The position numbers and the translations under genes are program-made. DNA of 64,000 nt from Candidatus Poribacteria bacterium (GTDB lineage: Bacteria > Poribacteria > WGA-4E > WGA-3G): contig CAXXUA010000005.1 of the NCBI GenBank assembly GCA_963663765.2, forward strand, positions 224,001 to 288,000, given 5' to 3'. Numbering within the stretch: position 1 is the first letter of the stretch; each line of letters opens with the position of its first letter. Positions 32,903-43,360 of this stretch are shown here, piece after piece. The notes under the pieces are model-generated. The model ran no database searches, was not told the origin of the DNA, and saw only the letters and a program-made list of their open reading frames with translations.

Positions 32903-33309
32903 TAGTAGTAAATTCATAGGAAATCTAAAGTAATGCACAAACAATTTGCAGTGATTCCTCATAGAAAAAAGAACAAACCAAAATGCAACGACACCATATA
33001 AAAAACAGATATACAAGAAACTCACAAGAAAACATTACGTTTTCGAAAATAAACGCTTTCAGACCTTACTACGACTGATTTAAAATCCAATTTGCAAAAC
33101 ATACCACGGTATGTTATTTCAGACCACGTGGTCCGTTTTGCCAAATTCAGACTAACGACAAATTGAACGCCAAATTCTATTCTATAGAAGACTTTAGAAT
33201 AATTGGACATTATGTTCGGTTAGGAAACCGAACCAACCAGGAGTGTTGTAGCAACTTAGGTATGTATAGTATTTCCCTTTCTGTTGAAAGATAAAAAGGA
33301 GGCGTATGA

Positions 33310-34599
33310 ATGAAATTTTGGAAACATCAAAACCTACCTCATACACATTTTTTTAGACACGTTAACCTTTCCTATTGGAAAATAATTTGGATTACAACGT
33401 CACTGTTTCTGTGCATGATAGTCTCAATTATATTTTGGATGTCTACTACAACAGTTGCACAAGAAGGCAATACAGTTTCAGGACGACTTGTTGATACCGA
33501 GTGGAATCCGATTTCAGATATAGTAATCTATCTTTATCCATATAAAGATCCGGATCAACGCAACTCAAGTGGTTCAGGCGATTCTGTCCAGATTAAAACT
33601 GATTCAAAAGGACGTTTTTCTTTTTCTAACATTCATCATAAAGCAATTCATTTGTATATAGACAGCAGTTCTAAGATTGGTTTTGAGATTAAAGTTCTAT
33701 CTGTAGAATTTGGCGAGATAACACTCTATCCATTCCGCGCATGGCATTGGTCATCAATCAATTTTGCATTAGATTCTGGTGCAAAAATGGAAAACATCGT
33801 CGTTACAGCGGAAATCAGAAAACGCACGAAAATTAGAACACGCGTTGTTTACGCAGATGGCACACCTGTTGCTAATGCAAAAATTTACATACTCAGGAAA
33901 ACGAAATCTTTATTTAGGAACTCCAAAGGTGATAGACGGGGCGGATTTAGGACTGATTTAGATGGGTATATTATTGATTATCTTTCCGTTGACTATCCAC
34001 CGAGATACTACATTACACTTGCTGTTGAACATCAAGGACTGTATGCAAAAGCGGTGCCTTTCATTCTGAATGACGATGTTGACATTGTACTGAAGTTAAA
34101 CGGTAATCCTGGGTCAATTACAAAACCAACCGAAGTTTATGCCGAAATATATTCCGCTCTTGAAACACTCCTTGCTCCAACACCGATGTGGATTGCAAAT
34201 CAGACTAATGGGCATGCTTATAAAATTACAAAACCTCAAACAATAAAATACTCGATGAACCAAGCTGATGCTGAAGGTGCTTATCTCCTATCAATCAACG
34301 ATGAGTTCGAACAGAATTGGCTCAGTCATATCTATGGTACTGAACGTCTATGGATCGGTTTGAGTGATGTTGAAAAAGAAGGAAACTGGAAATGGCACAG
34401 CGGAGAACCTGTAAACTATACAAACTGGCTCCCATACCAACCGGAAAAAGGGAATACTGAGACAAAAGACTATGTGATGACAGGTTATTTTGACTGGGGA
34501 TGGGAAGTATATGGCGAGATGGCAGGTGAAACAAATTTTTTCTATGTAAGGGCAATCCTTGAAAAACCAACAATACAGTTTTCTTCAGAACATGACTAA
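33310..34599 (+). CDS. Secreted or anchored protein with carboxypeptidase-regulatory-like repeats and C-terminal C-type lectin domain
   Basis: VSGRLVD; NGHAY...AYLLSINDEFEQ; WIGLSD.EKEG.WKW.SGEPVNYTNW. Confidence 0.85.
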   Translation: MKFWKHQNLPHTHFFRHVNLSYWKIIWITTSLFLCMIVSIIFWMSTTTVAQEGNTVSGRLVDTEWNPISDIVIYLYPYKDPDQRNSSGSGDSVQIKTDSKGRFSFSNIHHKAIHLYIDSSSKIGFEIKVLSVEFGEITLYPFRAWHWSSINFALDSGAKMENIVVTAEIRKRTKIRTRVVYADGTPVANAKIYILRKTKSLFRNSKGDRRGGFRTDLDGYIIDYLSVDYPPRYYITLAVEHQGLYAKAVPFILNDDVDIVLKLNGNPGSITKPTEVYAEIYSALETLLAPTPMWIANQTNGHAYKITKPQTIKYSMNQADAEGAYLLSINDEFEQNWLSHIYGTERLWIGLSDVEKEGNWKWHSGEPVNYTNWLPYQPEKGNTETKDYVMTGYFDWGWEVYGEMAGETNFFYVRAILEKPTIQFSSEHD

Positions 34600-34650
34600 A
34601 AGGGAAGTTTTCAAATAGTCACAGTTTTCTATCTACTCAGGAGGCTGCCA

Positions 34651-35961
34651 ATGAATTATCTAAATACAAAGCAAACCATATTCATCTACGTTGTTACAAT
34701 GATGTGTTGTGTGATATTCAACGCTTGCAACACACAGAACACCCCTGCAACTTTATCTGGCACGCTTATTGATGTTGAAGGAAAACCGATTGCAAACCAC
34801 ATTGTCACCTTATATCCCATTGAGATGGGGGACATCGGTTCGGCTAAATATCAACCAATCACGACAATTGCCACATCTCCAGAGTTTATTACAGCGCGAA
34901 CAAATAAAGATGGATCATTTGCATTCAGAGAGAAGATCAGCCAGGGTATGATTAGGATCGGACTCATCTCTCCCGATACTCTTAAAAAGTTACGCAAACC
35001 AGACTTGAAGGATTTTGACTTTAATACGAAATATAAGCTTATTTCAGTCAAAATCGGTGTCATGACCTTTTACCGAGATATACACGGTCCCGGTAGCACG
35101 ACTTTTTCTTTTTTAACTGATCAAAGGATGAAAAATGTTGTAATCGTAGCACGTCGTGAGATGTGGATTGGAGGAAAAATCGTATTTAATGATGGGAAAC
35201 CATTAACAGATGCACCCGTTACTTTCAAAACAAGTACTCGACAGAAAGACAAAACTGGTGAATCAAGATATGGAGATAGAATTCGCAGGACAGATTCTAA
35301 AGGCAACTTCTTATTGGATGTATCCTATCATAGTGAACCAAAATTATATAAGGTTTCAGCGGAATATCAAGGATTATCAGCAGAATCAAAGGAGTTTCTT
35401 ATTAAAGGAAGCACACAGCATAAAAGTTTAATTTTGAAACTTAATGGTGACAGAAACGATATACCTGAAAACCCAAAACCACCAGAACCCCTACCCTTAC
35501 CCGGTATGGTGACACTTCCTAAGAAACTCACACCTGAACAGTGGATTGTGAATCCCCATAATGGACACGCTTATGTAAAAATTCTCTGTGAAAACTTTGA
35601 GGCTGCCAAGGATCGTGCCTTCGCTGAAAGTGCATATCTTGTTGCAATTAACGATGAAGACGAACAAAAGTGGATATCAAGTGCATTTGGATATGAACTT
35701 TATTGGATTGGTCTCCAAAACAATGAAGAAGGCAAATGGCAGTGGATAAGCGATGAACCTATAACTTATACTAACTGGGGACCGGAGGATAGGTTCGTTG
35801 AAGACATCCTTAGGAAAGGTGAAAAAGAAGCTGCAGTTATGACTTTTGTTGAGGGGGAGTGGCATGCGGTGGCACCAGGAGATCTTTTTTGGACGTATAC
35901 AAGAAGGGCAATCCTTGAAAAGGACAGTTGGCACACTGGAACACCTTCAGAGGATAGATAA
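34651..35961 (+). CDS. Lipoprotein with carboxypeptidase-regulatory-like repeats and C-type lectin domain (paralog of upstream gene)
   Basis: Lipobox FNAC; NGHAY; YLVAINDEDEQ; YWIGL; WQWISDEPITYTNW. Confidence 0.85.
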   Translation: MNYLNTKQTIFIYVVTMMCCVIFNACNTQNTPATLSGTLIDVEGKPIANHIVTLYPIEMGDIGSAKYQPITTIATSPEFITARTNKDGSFAFREKISQGMIRIGLISPDTLKKLRKPDLKDFDFNTKYKLISVKIGVMTFYRDIHGPGSTTFSFLTDQRMKNVVIVARREMWIGGKIVFNDGKPLTDAPVTFKTSTRQKDKTGESRYGDRIRRTDSKGNFLLDVSYHSEPKLYKVSAEYQGLSAESKEFLIKGSTQHKSLILKLNGDRNDIPENPKPPEPLPLPGMVTLPKKLTPEQWIVNPHNGHAYVKILCENFEAAKDRAFAESAYLVAINDEDEQKWISSAFGYELYWIGLQNNEEGKWQWISDEPITYTNWGPEDRFVEDILRKGEKEAAVMTFVEGEWHAVAPGDLFWTYTRRAILEKDSWHTGTPSEDR

Positions 35962-36005
35962 ACATGCTATACCTTGATAATTATCACCCCTTTCCATATA
36001 CAAAA

Positions 36006-36027
36006 AAGGGTGGTAGCAGCCACCCTT
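36006..36027. terminator. Hairpin between convergent genes
   Basis: AAGGGTGG-TAGCAG-CCACCCTT, preceded by an A-run (U-tract on the minus strand). Confidence 0.55.
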
Positions 36028-36047
36028 ATATTTACTAACAGAACTAA

Positions 36048-37055
36048 CTAATTCGCCAATTGAAAAACAACAGGGAGTTCAAGACGTATTTGGCTTCCCA
36101 TCTGTCCATCGGGGAAAGGCGGATAGGGTTCAGCATTTTGGACCGCAGCGAGTGCTGCATTGTCTAATGCACGCGACCCTGATGAAGTTGAGACCTTTGG
36201 ATCCCTAATTGTTCCGTCCTTAAGGAGAGTAAAACGAATAGTGGTGCTGGAACCTTCTTCTAAATTTCGCACATTTGGCGGAAAACGTTGAACCTCTTTT
36301 ATCCGTTCACGAACTTTCTTCAGAAACTCTGAAAATGTCTGCTTCGTACCTCCAAAATCAGCAGCACCCAATCCAAGGTCCTGTGAAACATTTAAATCCA
36401 CAGCCGCTAAACTTGATCCCACGTCCATTTTCATTGTGAGTCTTGTGTTTTCAAATTTTGGTATTTCAAACTTTGGAACAGCAGAAACAATTTTCACTTG
36501 ACGAACTTGCTGCACCATACCAGTGCCAATAGCATTAAGTTGCATACCTTCATCAGATGCGAGTTCAGTTACAGGTATTGTGAAATCTGCTGGACCCGTA
36601 TTGATGTTAGCATTTGGTGCAATGGCGCCGGTTTTTGGTACGAGTACCTCAACGACTTTTGGACGGGCAGTTTTCTGTGTTGGGCGCGGGGCAATGGTGC
36701 GTTTTGTCTGTGGTGGGGGTTCATCAACCAGAACACTTTGTACCTTATCTTCAGTCATTTGTAACACTGTCTTTTTAACAAACCAAACACCCACGATTAT
36801 TAGTGCTGCAGCATGAAGACCAATAGCCGTACCAAATGCGAATTTTTTTGCTTTTGCTTTCCACGCTTTGGACGCTTGACGATTTTGCCGTTGTGCATCA
36901 ACCACAGTGATAGTAACTTCCGATGCTTTCTCTGCTGCAACACGTCTGGCAACGTTTGAAGCTTTTCTCCCAGCACCGTCAGTGGTTTCCATTTTTTTTC
37001 TAAGACGTTTTCTTCTCTGTTTACCAAATGTATAATTAGAGAGTGTGTGACTCAT
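36048..37055 (-). CDS. tonB: Energy transducer TonB family protein
   Basis: TM with H (GLHAA); Pro-rich linker; TonB_C domain (RFPP...SSGSRALDNAALAAV...FPPFP-like, PVVFQL). Confidence 0.8.
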   Translation of the reverse strand: MSHTLSNYTFGKQRRKRLRKKMETTDGAGRKASNVARRVAAEKASEVTITVVDAQRQNRQASKAWKAKAKKFAFGTAIGLHAAALIIVGVWFVKKTVLQMTEDKVQSVLVDEPPPQTKRTIAPRPTQKTARPKVVEVLVPKTGAIAPNANINTGPADFTIPVTELASDEGMQLNAIGTGMVQQVRQVKIVSAVPKFEIPKFENTRLTMKMDVGSSLAAVDLNVSQDLGLGAADFGGTKQTFSEFLKKVRERIKEVQRFPPNVRNLEEGSSTTIRFTLLKDGTIRDPKVSTSSGSRALDNAALAAVQNAEPYPPFPDGQMGSQIRLELPVVFQLAN

Positions 37056-37175
37056 TCAGTTTAGTCCTCCAAACGGTAGATTTGTATCTTTGCTGAAATA
37101 TAATATTTCATTATTTATGTCAATATGATATGAAAACTCATTATTGAACAGCAAAAATTATCTTTAAGGGTGCTT

Positions 37176-37727
37176 TTAACCATCATCAAAACTAAGTAGT
37201 TTGTAACGATTATTCATCATAACAACAGAACCGAGAATCTTCAATTCAGCTTTTTGTCCAACGGGATTCTGTAAAGTCAAAACGGTTCCACGTAAGAGCT
37301 GGAAACCATCATAGTTTTCTGCCGGTTTGTCAAATCGGATATTTACAAAGCTGAGATTACTACCACCGTATTGGCTAATCCATCTTTGCATACCGATGTT
37401 ACATTTTTTGTTTAGATTTGCCCAAGCGAAATCAGGTGGATAACTACTTTTCGGAAACGCAGGATAAATCCAAGAAAGATATGTCTGCCTTTGCACCCGA
37501 AGTTGGTTTAATCTTTTAATATCCTTCTGATTTAAAGCGTCAACGACTGCCAAACCGAGTTGGTTTGGCGAGTCGAGACTGTTCTCCCATACTCGTCGCT
37601 CACACCCTATCAAACTGATGCTAAACAGTATTAATGCAGTCGCAACGTTTGAGAGGTAGCGTCGGGTAGAGATGGTGCAACGCTGCTTAATTACGTTCAC
37701 GAATTGTCCATCCTTGTGTCCAATCAT
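37176..37727 (-). CDS. Hypothetical lipoprotein
   Basis: Lipobox LIGC; true start probably downstream of the ORF start. Confidence 0.65.
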   Translation of the reverse strand: MIGHKDGQFVNVIKQRCTISTRRYLSNVATALILFSISLIGCERRVWENSLDSPNQLGLAVVDALNQKDIKRLNQLRVQRQTYLSWIYPAFPKSSYPPDFAWANLNKKCNIGMQRWISQYGGSNLSFVNIRFDKPAENYDGFQLLRGTVLTLQNPVGQKAELKILGSVVMMNNRYKLLSFDDG

Positions 37728-39033
37728 TGGACGGATCTATGCCACCGATAAAGCTTACATTGTCAAAGAAACTATCTGAAGGTGGTGTAGCTGGAGTGAT
37801 TGAACCTGAACCGGAACCTGGCGTAAAGTTTGGGTTATCCTTATTGAATGGGTCTGCAAGATTTGGGTCTACTACTTGGTTGCCGAGACCTGTTGCCCAA
37901 GCGGCTTCATCAAACCCATCATCATCCTTTTCATCACCAAAGTTAACACTTCCATTCTCAAAGAAGACACTGTTTTTCACTACTAAATTACCACTGTTAG
38001 CTTGTTCGTGTGATGAAGGGGTATTGACATCCAAACCGACTTTGTTGAATCCAGTGACGATGAAATTAGCGTACATACCGGCAGCACCTTCACGAATCAA
38101 CATACCGATATCGCTTTTAGGACCAACAGGATCGCCAACAAGCGTCACATTGAAAATAGTTGGTGCAGATCGGGGTAATGCTTCATTGTTGTCATCACTG
38201 TTATCGTTTTCAAATCCGTTGTCTGCATCGTCCCCGTATTGCTGTGCAATCCAGAATTGACCTTTTCCTGTCCATCCGTTAGTCCAGTCAAATGAGTCGT
38301 CACGCGCTCCTGTGACCAAAGCGTATTTGAGATCAACAGTGCCACCGAACATTTCTATACCATCATCTTGGTTCATGTGTACTTGAACGTATTCAATTAC
38401 TGTACCCGAACCAACCCCTTGTAAGGCGATTCCGTTTAACTCGTTATCCGGACTAAATTCTACACCCGCATATTCAACACGGACATAACGTAGGACACCA
38501 CTGTTGTCATTTGGATTATCTCCTCCGAATGAACCGGTATTTCCTTCACCGAAGGCATCAACTTCATGGTTGGTCGGTGCTCTACCATTGATGATTAAAC
38601 CTCCCCATTGTCCGCGTCCACGCGATCCTATAGGTTTATCACTTGTCATTATAATAGGTGCATCGGCAGTACCTTCAGCCATAATCTTTGCCCCTTGTGC
38701 AACAATAAGTGTCCCTGGTGTAGTAGTTGCACTTTCACCATAGATAGTGACACCAGGTTCAATTGTAAGTGTTACACCCTCTTGCACAAATACTGCCCCT
38801 CGCAAAAGATATTCATTATCCGCTGCGAGTGTTCGATCTTCGACGATAACACCCTGTACAACTTCCACATCACCAACTATCATATCTCCATCACCAGGTT
38901 CGTCTTTGTCATCCTCGCCGCATCCGATTATAGCAAGGGATAACCCAATAGTGAAAATGACCATTAATTGAAAAATCCAATTAATTTTATCCTGTCTCCA
39001 TAGAGACTTTAGGTTTGAAGTTATATTTGACAT
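37687..39033 (-). CDS. Acidic beta-helix-like lipoprotein, partner of the TonB-dependent receptor
   Basis: Lipobox IIGC; TLTIEPG; AEGTADAPII; WGGLII.G; NSGVLRYVRVEYAG; DDGIEMFGG. Confidence 0.8.
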   Translation of the reverse strand: MSNITSNLKSLWRQDKINWIFQLMVIFTIGLSLAIIGCGEDDKDEPGDGDMIVGDVEVVQGVIVEDRTLAADNEYLLRGAVFVQEGVTLTIEPGVTIYGESATTTPGTLIVAQGAKIMAEGTADAPIIMTSDKPIGSRGRGQWGGLIINGRAPTNHEVDAFGEGNTGSFGGDNPNDNSGVLRYVRVEYAGVEFSPDNELNGIALQGVGSGTVIEYVQVHMNQDDGIEMFGGTVDLKYALVTGARDDSFDWTNGWTGKGQFWIAQQYGDDADNGFENDNSDDNNEALPRSAPTIFNVTLVGDPVGPKSDIGMLIREGAAGMYANFIVTGFNKVGLDVNTPSSHEQANSGNLVVKNSVFFENGSVNFGDEKDDDGFDEAAWATGLGNQVVDPNLADPFNKDNPNFTPGSGSGSITPATPPSDSFFDNVSFIGGIDPSNDWTQGWTIRERN

Positions 39034-39275
39034 TAGCTTTACGAAGCTCCTTTTTGTTTTTACCTCACCCGAACTGAGAGTGAGTCGTTATAATTATGAC
39101 AGAAATTTCCTTCAAATTTCTTGTCGATGCTTTAAGTTTCTTTCAAGTTAGAATACACAAAAAATGTTGCAAAATACTAACGATATTGTGACTTTATATC
39201 CCCTATACTTCAATACTTGTCAAACATTGAATATTTCTTGTTTGACTACGGACTTTAGGTAAACTATTGTACTTA

Positions 39276-42275
39276 CTAAAGGTTATAACTTATACCAAAT
39301 GAAAACGATCTACCGTTTTTGTAAATTACAGATGTCGCTTCTCCTTGTTTATAGTGCACTTCTGGATCGAGCAGATTTTTTGCAGATAAACTGAATTTGT
39401 ATGAGTTCGCAACTGTTCGACTAAAACTTAGGTCTAATTCACCACGCGGTTGTTCGTAGACATCTGGTGCACCGTGGTTACCTACATCGGTGAGTCGTCT
39501 ACCATAAATGTTATATGCAATTGAACTTGAAATACTCCAGATTGGTGCTTCATATCCTAAGGAAAAATTGATTATATAAGGACACTGTCCTTGTAATGGT
39601 CGTTCATCAGATGTTTGAATACCAATATCTTCAGGAAGTACGACCCTTGAATTAATAAATGCAGCATTTGTATTGATTGAAAAGGAACGTAATAATGGAG
39701 AGACGACACTTAGGTTTTGTCTTACTTCAAGTTCCAACCCGTAATTGTACGCTGCTTCTGCGTTTTCGAAAGTAATAAGGACTTCTGCTGTTGGTTGAAT
39801 TATCTGCTCAATTGGTTTTTTAAAGTTCTTATAAAATGCGCTCACAGCAACGACACCACCTGCAGAGGTATCTTGAAAGACCTCCCAACGAAAATCAATA
39901 TTGTCAATTAAAGTCCGTTCTAAGTCAGGATTTCCAAGCACAGTCCTACCACCGACAAAATCAGTATAATCAAATGGTGCAAGTTCTCTTAAATCTGGAC
40001 GCGTGACTGTGCGTGAATACGCAAAACGCAAATTCATCCGTTCTGTCAACCGATAAGTCAAATTGAGACCTGGCAATAGGTCAAGTGTTTTCAAATTTGC
40101 TTCTATAGGTGTGGCATCAGGGGAAAACGGATCAAAACTGGTGAGTGCCTGATTGGAGGATTCCAATCTCAGACCACTCATCAACTGCCATTTCTTGGAC
40201 AGTGATGTATCAAACATAAGGTAACATGAGTAGATAAAGTGGTCTGCAGAATAATTATCAGTTTCACGCGTAGATTCACGCAACTCAAAGACGCGAGGTG
40301 CAATGTGATTTGCTTCAAATAGCTGTTCGGGTGGTGATGACAAAATAACACCTTTTGCTTCTATGTTATCTGAAGGTTGAAATCTGAATCTTCTGACATC
40401 AAAAGCGCGATCTCTATACCGTACAAGTCCACCCAGTTTTATATCACCTTCTAATTTGAACAACATCGGCATCGTTAGATCTACTCTGGAGTTATAGTCA
40501 TCATCTTCCAGATTGAAGAAAAATCGACTGCCGCTATGTGTAATATCTCGGAATGTATATAACGGAATTGGGTTGCCGTCACTATCTATTGCTATATTCC
40601 CATTTTCATCAGTTAAAACACCTGAATCTTCGTATATAGTTTCCCGTGTATCAGGTTCATTTCGCGCGGCACGAGAATAAGTAAGTCTCCATTCTAATGA
40701 TACGTCAGGTTGATCCGTTTCAAGATCTGTACCTTCTTCAATAGTTGCGTCTTTTGATTCCGGATTTTCATCCATAGGAACGTTCTCTATTTCTGGGACA
40801 CCTAAATAAAAACCGTGTGAACCCGCTAATTGTCCTGAGAAAAGTTGACGTTCAACATATCGTAGTCTTGCGCTACGCATATCTGCGTTTCGATCTCGGT
40901 TGAATCCTTCCCAAGTTCGCGTTTGGTCCTCTGCTGTGTGTGTCGTAAGTGTACGAAGACTCAATAGATGATCTTTTGATAAACGCAGACTTGTATTCAC
41001 AACGCTACCCCAGTCTACTTCATGATTGCTCTGCTCTACACGGTAATCTGTTTTTGTAGTGAGGACATCGTTTAGTCCTATACCAAAATCCCGCCGTTCT
41101 TGTTGATTGTAACTATGACTATTGCCGTAAGAGATCACACCCAGATAACCTAACTGCTTACCTAATACAGTACTGCTATTACCTATACTAAATTTGTAAC
41201 CTTGATTTACGGGAACAACAAAACGTTCTGCGGACCAAACATTTGAGAAAGCCCGTCCAAATTCTTGTATCTCTTCAGCTGTATAACCTCTTGTCGTGAA
41301 ACGACCACGTTCACGAATAGGAATATCGTCAGGTTGTTCTTGAATTAAATCCGGTAAATCGCGAGAACCATCATCAAAACCCAAAAAGTCAAGACTTCCT
41401 CCGGAATAGGTCAAACCTTCTGTACCAGTCGCTTGTGTATTAAAACCTGTGGATATCGATAGCGACAACGTCAAAGCTTCAGGGAAGTCTTTTGTGAACA
41501 CCTGAACAGAACCTCCAGCGAAACCACCCGGTTGGTCAGGTGAAAACGTCTTTACAGTTTGTAGACTTGAAAGCAAACTTGCCGGGAAGATGTCCATCGG
41601 GACAACCCGACGATTCGGCTCAGGGCTCGGAATCTCAACGTTGTTGAGAAGCGTATTACTATAACGTTCACCTAACCCACGAACAAATACATACTTACCA
41701 CCAACAATACTGACACCAGTGACACGTCTGATTGCTTGAGCAGCCGAGGAATCTGGCAACCGACTGATCTCCTCAGTACTGATGCTATCCTCAATGCGAG
41801 AACTGCGCCTCCGTTTTTCAAGAAGACCCCGTTCCCCAGATTGACTCAACCGCACCCTCATATTGATTGCATCTAACTTGACTATTTGAGGTACAAGCGT
41901 GACCTGTAACGGTTCCAATAAACCTTCGTCGTTGACTTTTATATCGGACAAGACTGATCCGTTGTAGAATGGAGCGGACACTTGAAATGTATAAGTTCCA
42001 GCAGGCAATTCCAATGAAAAAGCACCAGTTTCATCAGAAACTGCCTTGATGTTTGTGTCTACAACCTGTATAATTACATCCGGAAGTGGTAATTCGGAAT
42101 CACTATCTATTACAACACCTGTAATTATTATGGTCTGTTGTGTTTCCTGAGCAGCTGCATCACTAACTAAGATGAAGCACATGCCAAATGTAATAAACAA
42201 CAATCCTATGCAAGGAACTTTCATTTTGCCTATCATTTTTAATCTTTTGGGGTAAGATAATTTCTTTTTTCTCAA
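39276..42275 (-). CDS. TonB-dependent receptor with N-terminal carboxypeptidase-like domain
   Basis: Plug PDSSAAQAIRRVTGVS, FVRGLGERY, DIFP; barrel GNPDL, KNLLD; terminal FGISYNL. Confidence 0.93.
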   Translation of the reverse strand: MRKKKLSYPKRLKMIGKMKVPCIGLLFITFGMCFILVSDAAAQETQQTIIITGVVIDSDSELPLPDVIIQVVDTNIKAVSDETGAFSLELPAGTYTFQVSAPFYNGSVLSDIKVNDEGLLEPLQVTLVPQIVKLDAINMRVRLSQSGERGLLEKRRRSSRIEDSISTEEISRLPDSSAAQAIRRVTGVSIVGGKYVFVRGLGERYSNTLLNNVEIPSPEPNRRVVPMDIFPASLLSSLQTVKTFSPDQPGGFAGGSVQVFTKDFPEALTLSLSISTGFNTQATGTEGLTYSGGSLDFLGFDDGSRDLPDLIQEQPDDIPIRERGRFTTRGYTAEEIQEFGRAFSNVWSAERFVVPVNQGYKFSIGNSSTVLGKQLGYLGVISYGNSHSYNQQERRDFGIGLNDVLTTKTDYRVEQSNHEVDWGSVVNTSLRLSKDHLLSLRTLTTHTAEDQTRTWEGFNRDRNADMRSARLRYVERQLFSGQLAGSHGFYLGVPEIENVPMDENPESKDATIEEGTDLETDQPDVSLEWRLTYSRAARNEPDTRETIYEDSGVLTDENGNIAIDSDGNPIPLYTFRDITHSGSRFFFNLEDDDYNSRVDLTMPMLFKLEGDIKLGGLVRYRDRAFDVRRFRFQPSDNIEAKGVILSSPPEQLFEANHIAPRVFELRESTRETDNYSADHFIYSCYLMFDTSLSKKWQLMSGLRLESSNQALTSFDPFSPDATPIEANLKTLDLLPGLNLTYRLTERMNLRFAYSRTVTRPDLRELAPFDYTDFVGGRTVLGNPDLERTLIDNIDFRWEVFQDTSAGGVVAVSAFYKNFKKPIEQIIQPTAEVLITFENAEAAYNYGLELEVRQNLSVVSPLLRSFSINTNAAFINSRVVLPEDIGIQTSDERPLQGQCPYIINFSLGYEAPIWSISSSIAYNIYGRRLTDVGNHGAPDVYEQPRGELDLSFSRTVANSYKFSLSAKNLLDPEVHYKQGEATSVIYKNGRSFSFGISYNL

Positions 42276-42439
42276 TACAACTCCAATGGTAGTGATATAT
42301 TAACTTTAGAATGATACAAAATTGTGATATTTTTTTGGCAAATACAAGAAATTATTTTTTACGTGTATCAGACCCTATAAACCAGCAATAATTAACACCG
42401 AAATAATTTTCACTTACTTTATGAGGAAAGCCAATTTTT

Positions 42440-43015
42440 ATGTTTGCAGAATTGCTAAGAAAAAGCACGCATCTCTTGGGATTATTCATGCCCATACTTT
42501 ACTTTTTTTTGGAAAGGTCCAAAATGTTAGTCATCATCGGTAGTTTTACTTGTATCGCTTTATGTGTAGAATTAGCAAAATGGTTATTTCCTCCATTCCG
42601 AAATCTTTTTTTTAGGTATCTATCTATCCTGTTACGTTCACACGAGAAAAAAGGTGCTATCACAGGGGCGACCTACTATATCGCAGCAACGTTAATCAGT
42701 ATTTTCGCCTTTAAAGAATCTGTTGCTATTACTTGTCTGTTTTTCATTGGATTGGGAGATACTGCAGCCGCATTAGTCGGGGGTCAATGGGGAAAAACAA
42801 AGTTGATTGGTAAAAAGAGTTTAGAGGGAAGTGTTGCTTGTTTTGCGGTCTGCGGTATAACGGCTCTTTTTTTAATACACCCTATTGTCGGTCTTACTGG
42901 TGCGTTTGTTGCTACCCTTGCTGAACTTTTGCCCCTCCGAATAAATGACAACCTTACAGTACCGCTTATTTCTGGTGGTGTGATGCAACTTATGAGTTAT
43001 TACATACCACTATAA
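42440..43015 (+). CDS. Phytol/dolichol kinase-like CTP-dependent polyprenol kinase (SEC59/DGK1/VTE5)
   Basis: ELLRKSTH; LGDTAAALVG; KKSLEGS; NDNLTVP. Confidence 0.9.
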   Translation: MFAELLRKSTHLLGLFMPILYFFLERSKMLVIIGSFTCIALCVELAKWLFPPFRNLFFRYLSILLRSHEKKGAITGATYYIAATLISIFAFKESVAITCLFFIGLGDTAAALVGGQWGKTKLIGKKSLEGSVACFAVCGITALFLIHPIVGLTGAFVATLAELLPLRINDNLTVPLISGGVMQLMSYYIPL

Positions 43016-43090
43016 TTTCATATATCAAAATATTAGGAAAAATAAATAAATCTTCTAAAAACTTTACATTCTCCAAACCGACAAATAAAT

Positions 43091-43119
43091 TTGACTTCTG
43101 ATACAATATACCGTATAAT
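43091..43119 (+). promoter_or_regulatory. Sigma70 promoter for his leader/operon
   Basis: TTGACT-17 nt-TATAAT. Confidence 0.75.
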
Positions 43120-43152
43120 TATTTCAGAGAATCAAATTTATCAAAATATGAT

Positions 43153-43200
43153 ATGACTATGCTATTATTCTGTGACCATCATCATTCAATCCATTCCTGA
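43153..43200 (+). CDS. His operon leader peptide (MTMLLFCDHHHSIHS)
   Basis: ATG...CAT CAT CAT TCA ATC CAT TCC TGA directly after the promoter and before hisZ-hisG-hisS; alternative ATG at 43159. Confidence 0.8.
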   Translation: MTMLLFCDHHHSIHS

Positions 43201-43360
43201 GTAGGGCGGATTAGATGATGAGGTAATATTCTTATACATCATAGTGGACACGAAGCAAGGAATACTTGCTACTATCCCGGTAAACTAACCGCTCTCCTCC
43301 GCGCCGAACTATAGGCACGTTGAGACCATGGAGCAACTTGTTTGCGGGGTTTTTTGTTTA
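43176..43360 (+). promoter_or_regulatory. His attenuator (pause hairpin plus terminator)
   Basis: CATCATC..AATCC pairs with GGATTAGATGATG; downstream CTCCGC...GCGGGG followed by TTTTTTGTTT. Confidence 0.7.

Noticed and set aside
32610-33210. ORFs 32610-32801, 32620-32823 and 33022-33210 (also 63318-63503)
   Set aside because: Low-complexity products of A/C-skewed non-coding DNA, with no RBS or recognisable domain.
33310-35961. C-type lectin genes as DGR targets
   Set aside because: No reverse transcriptase and no near-identical template/variable repeat pair in the window.
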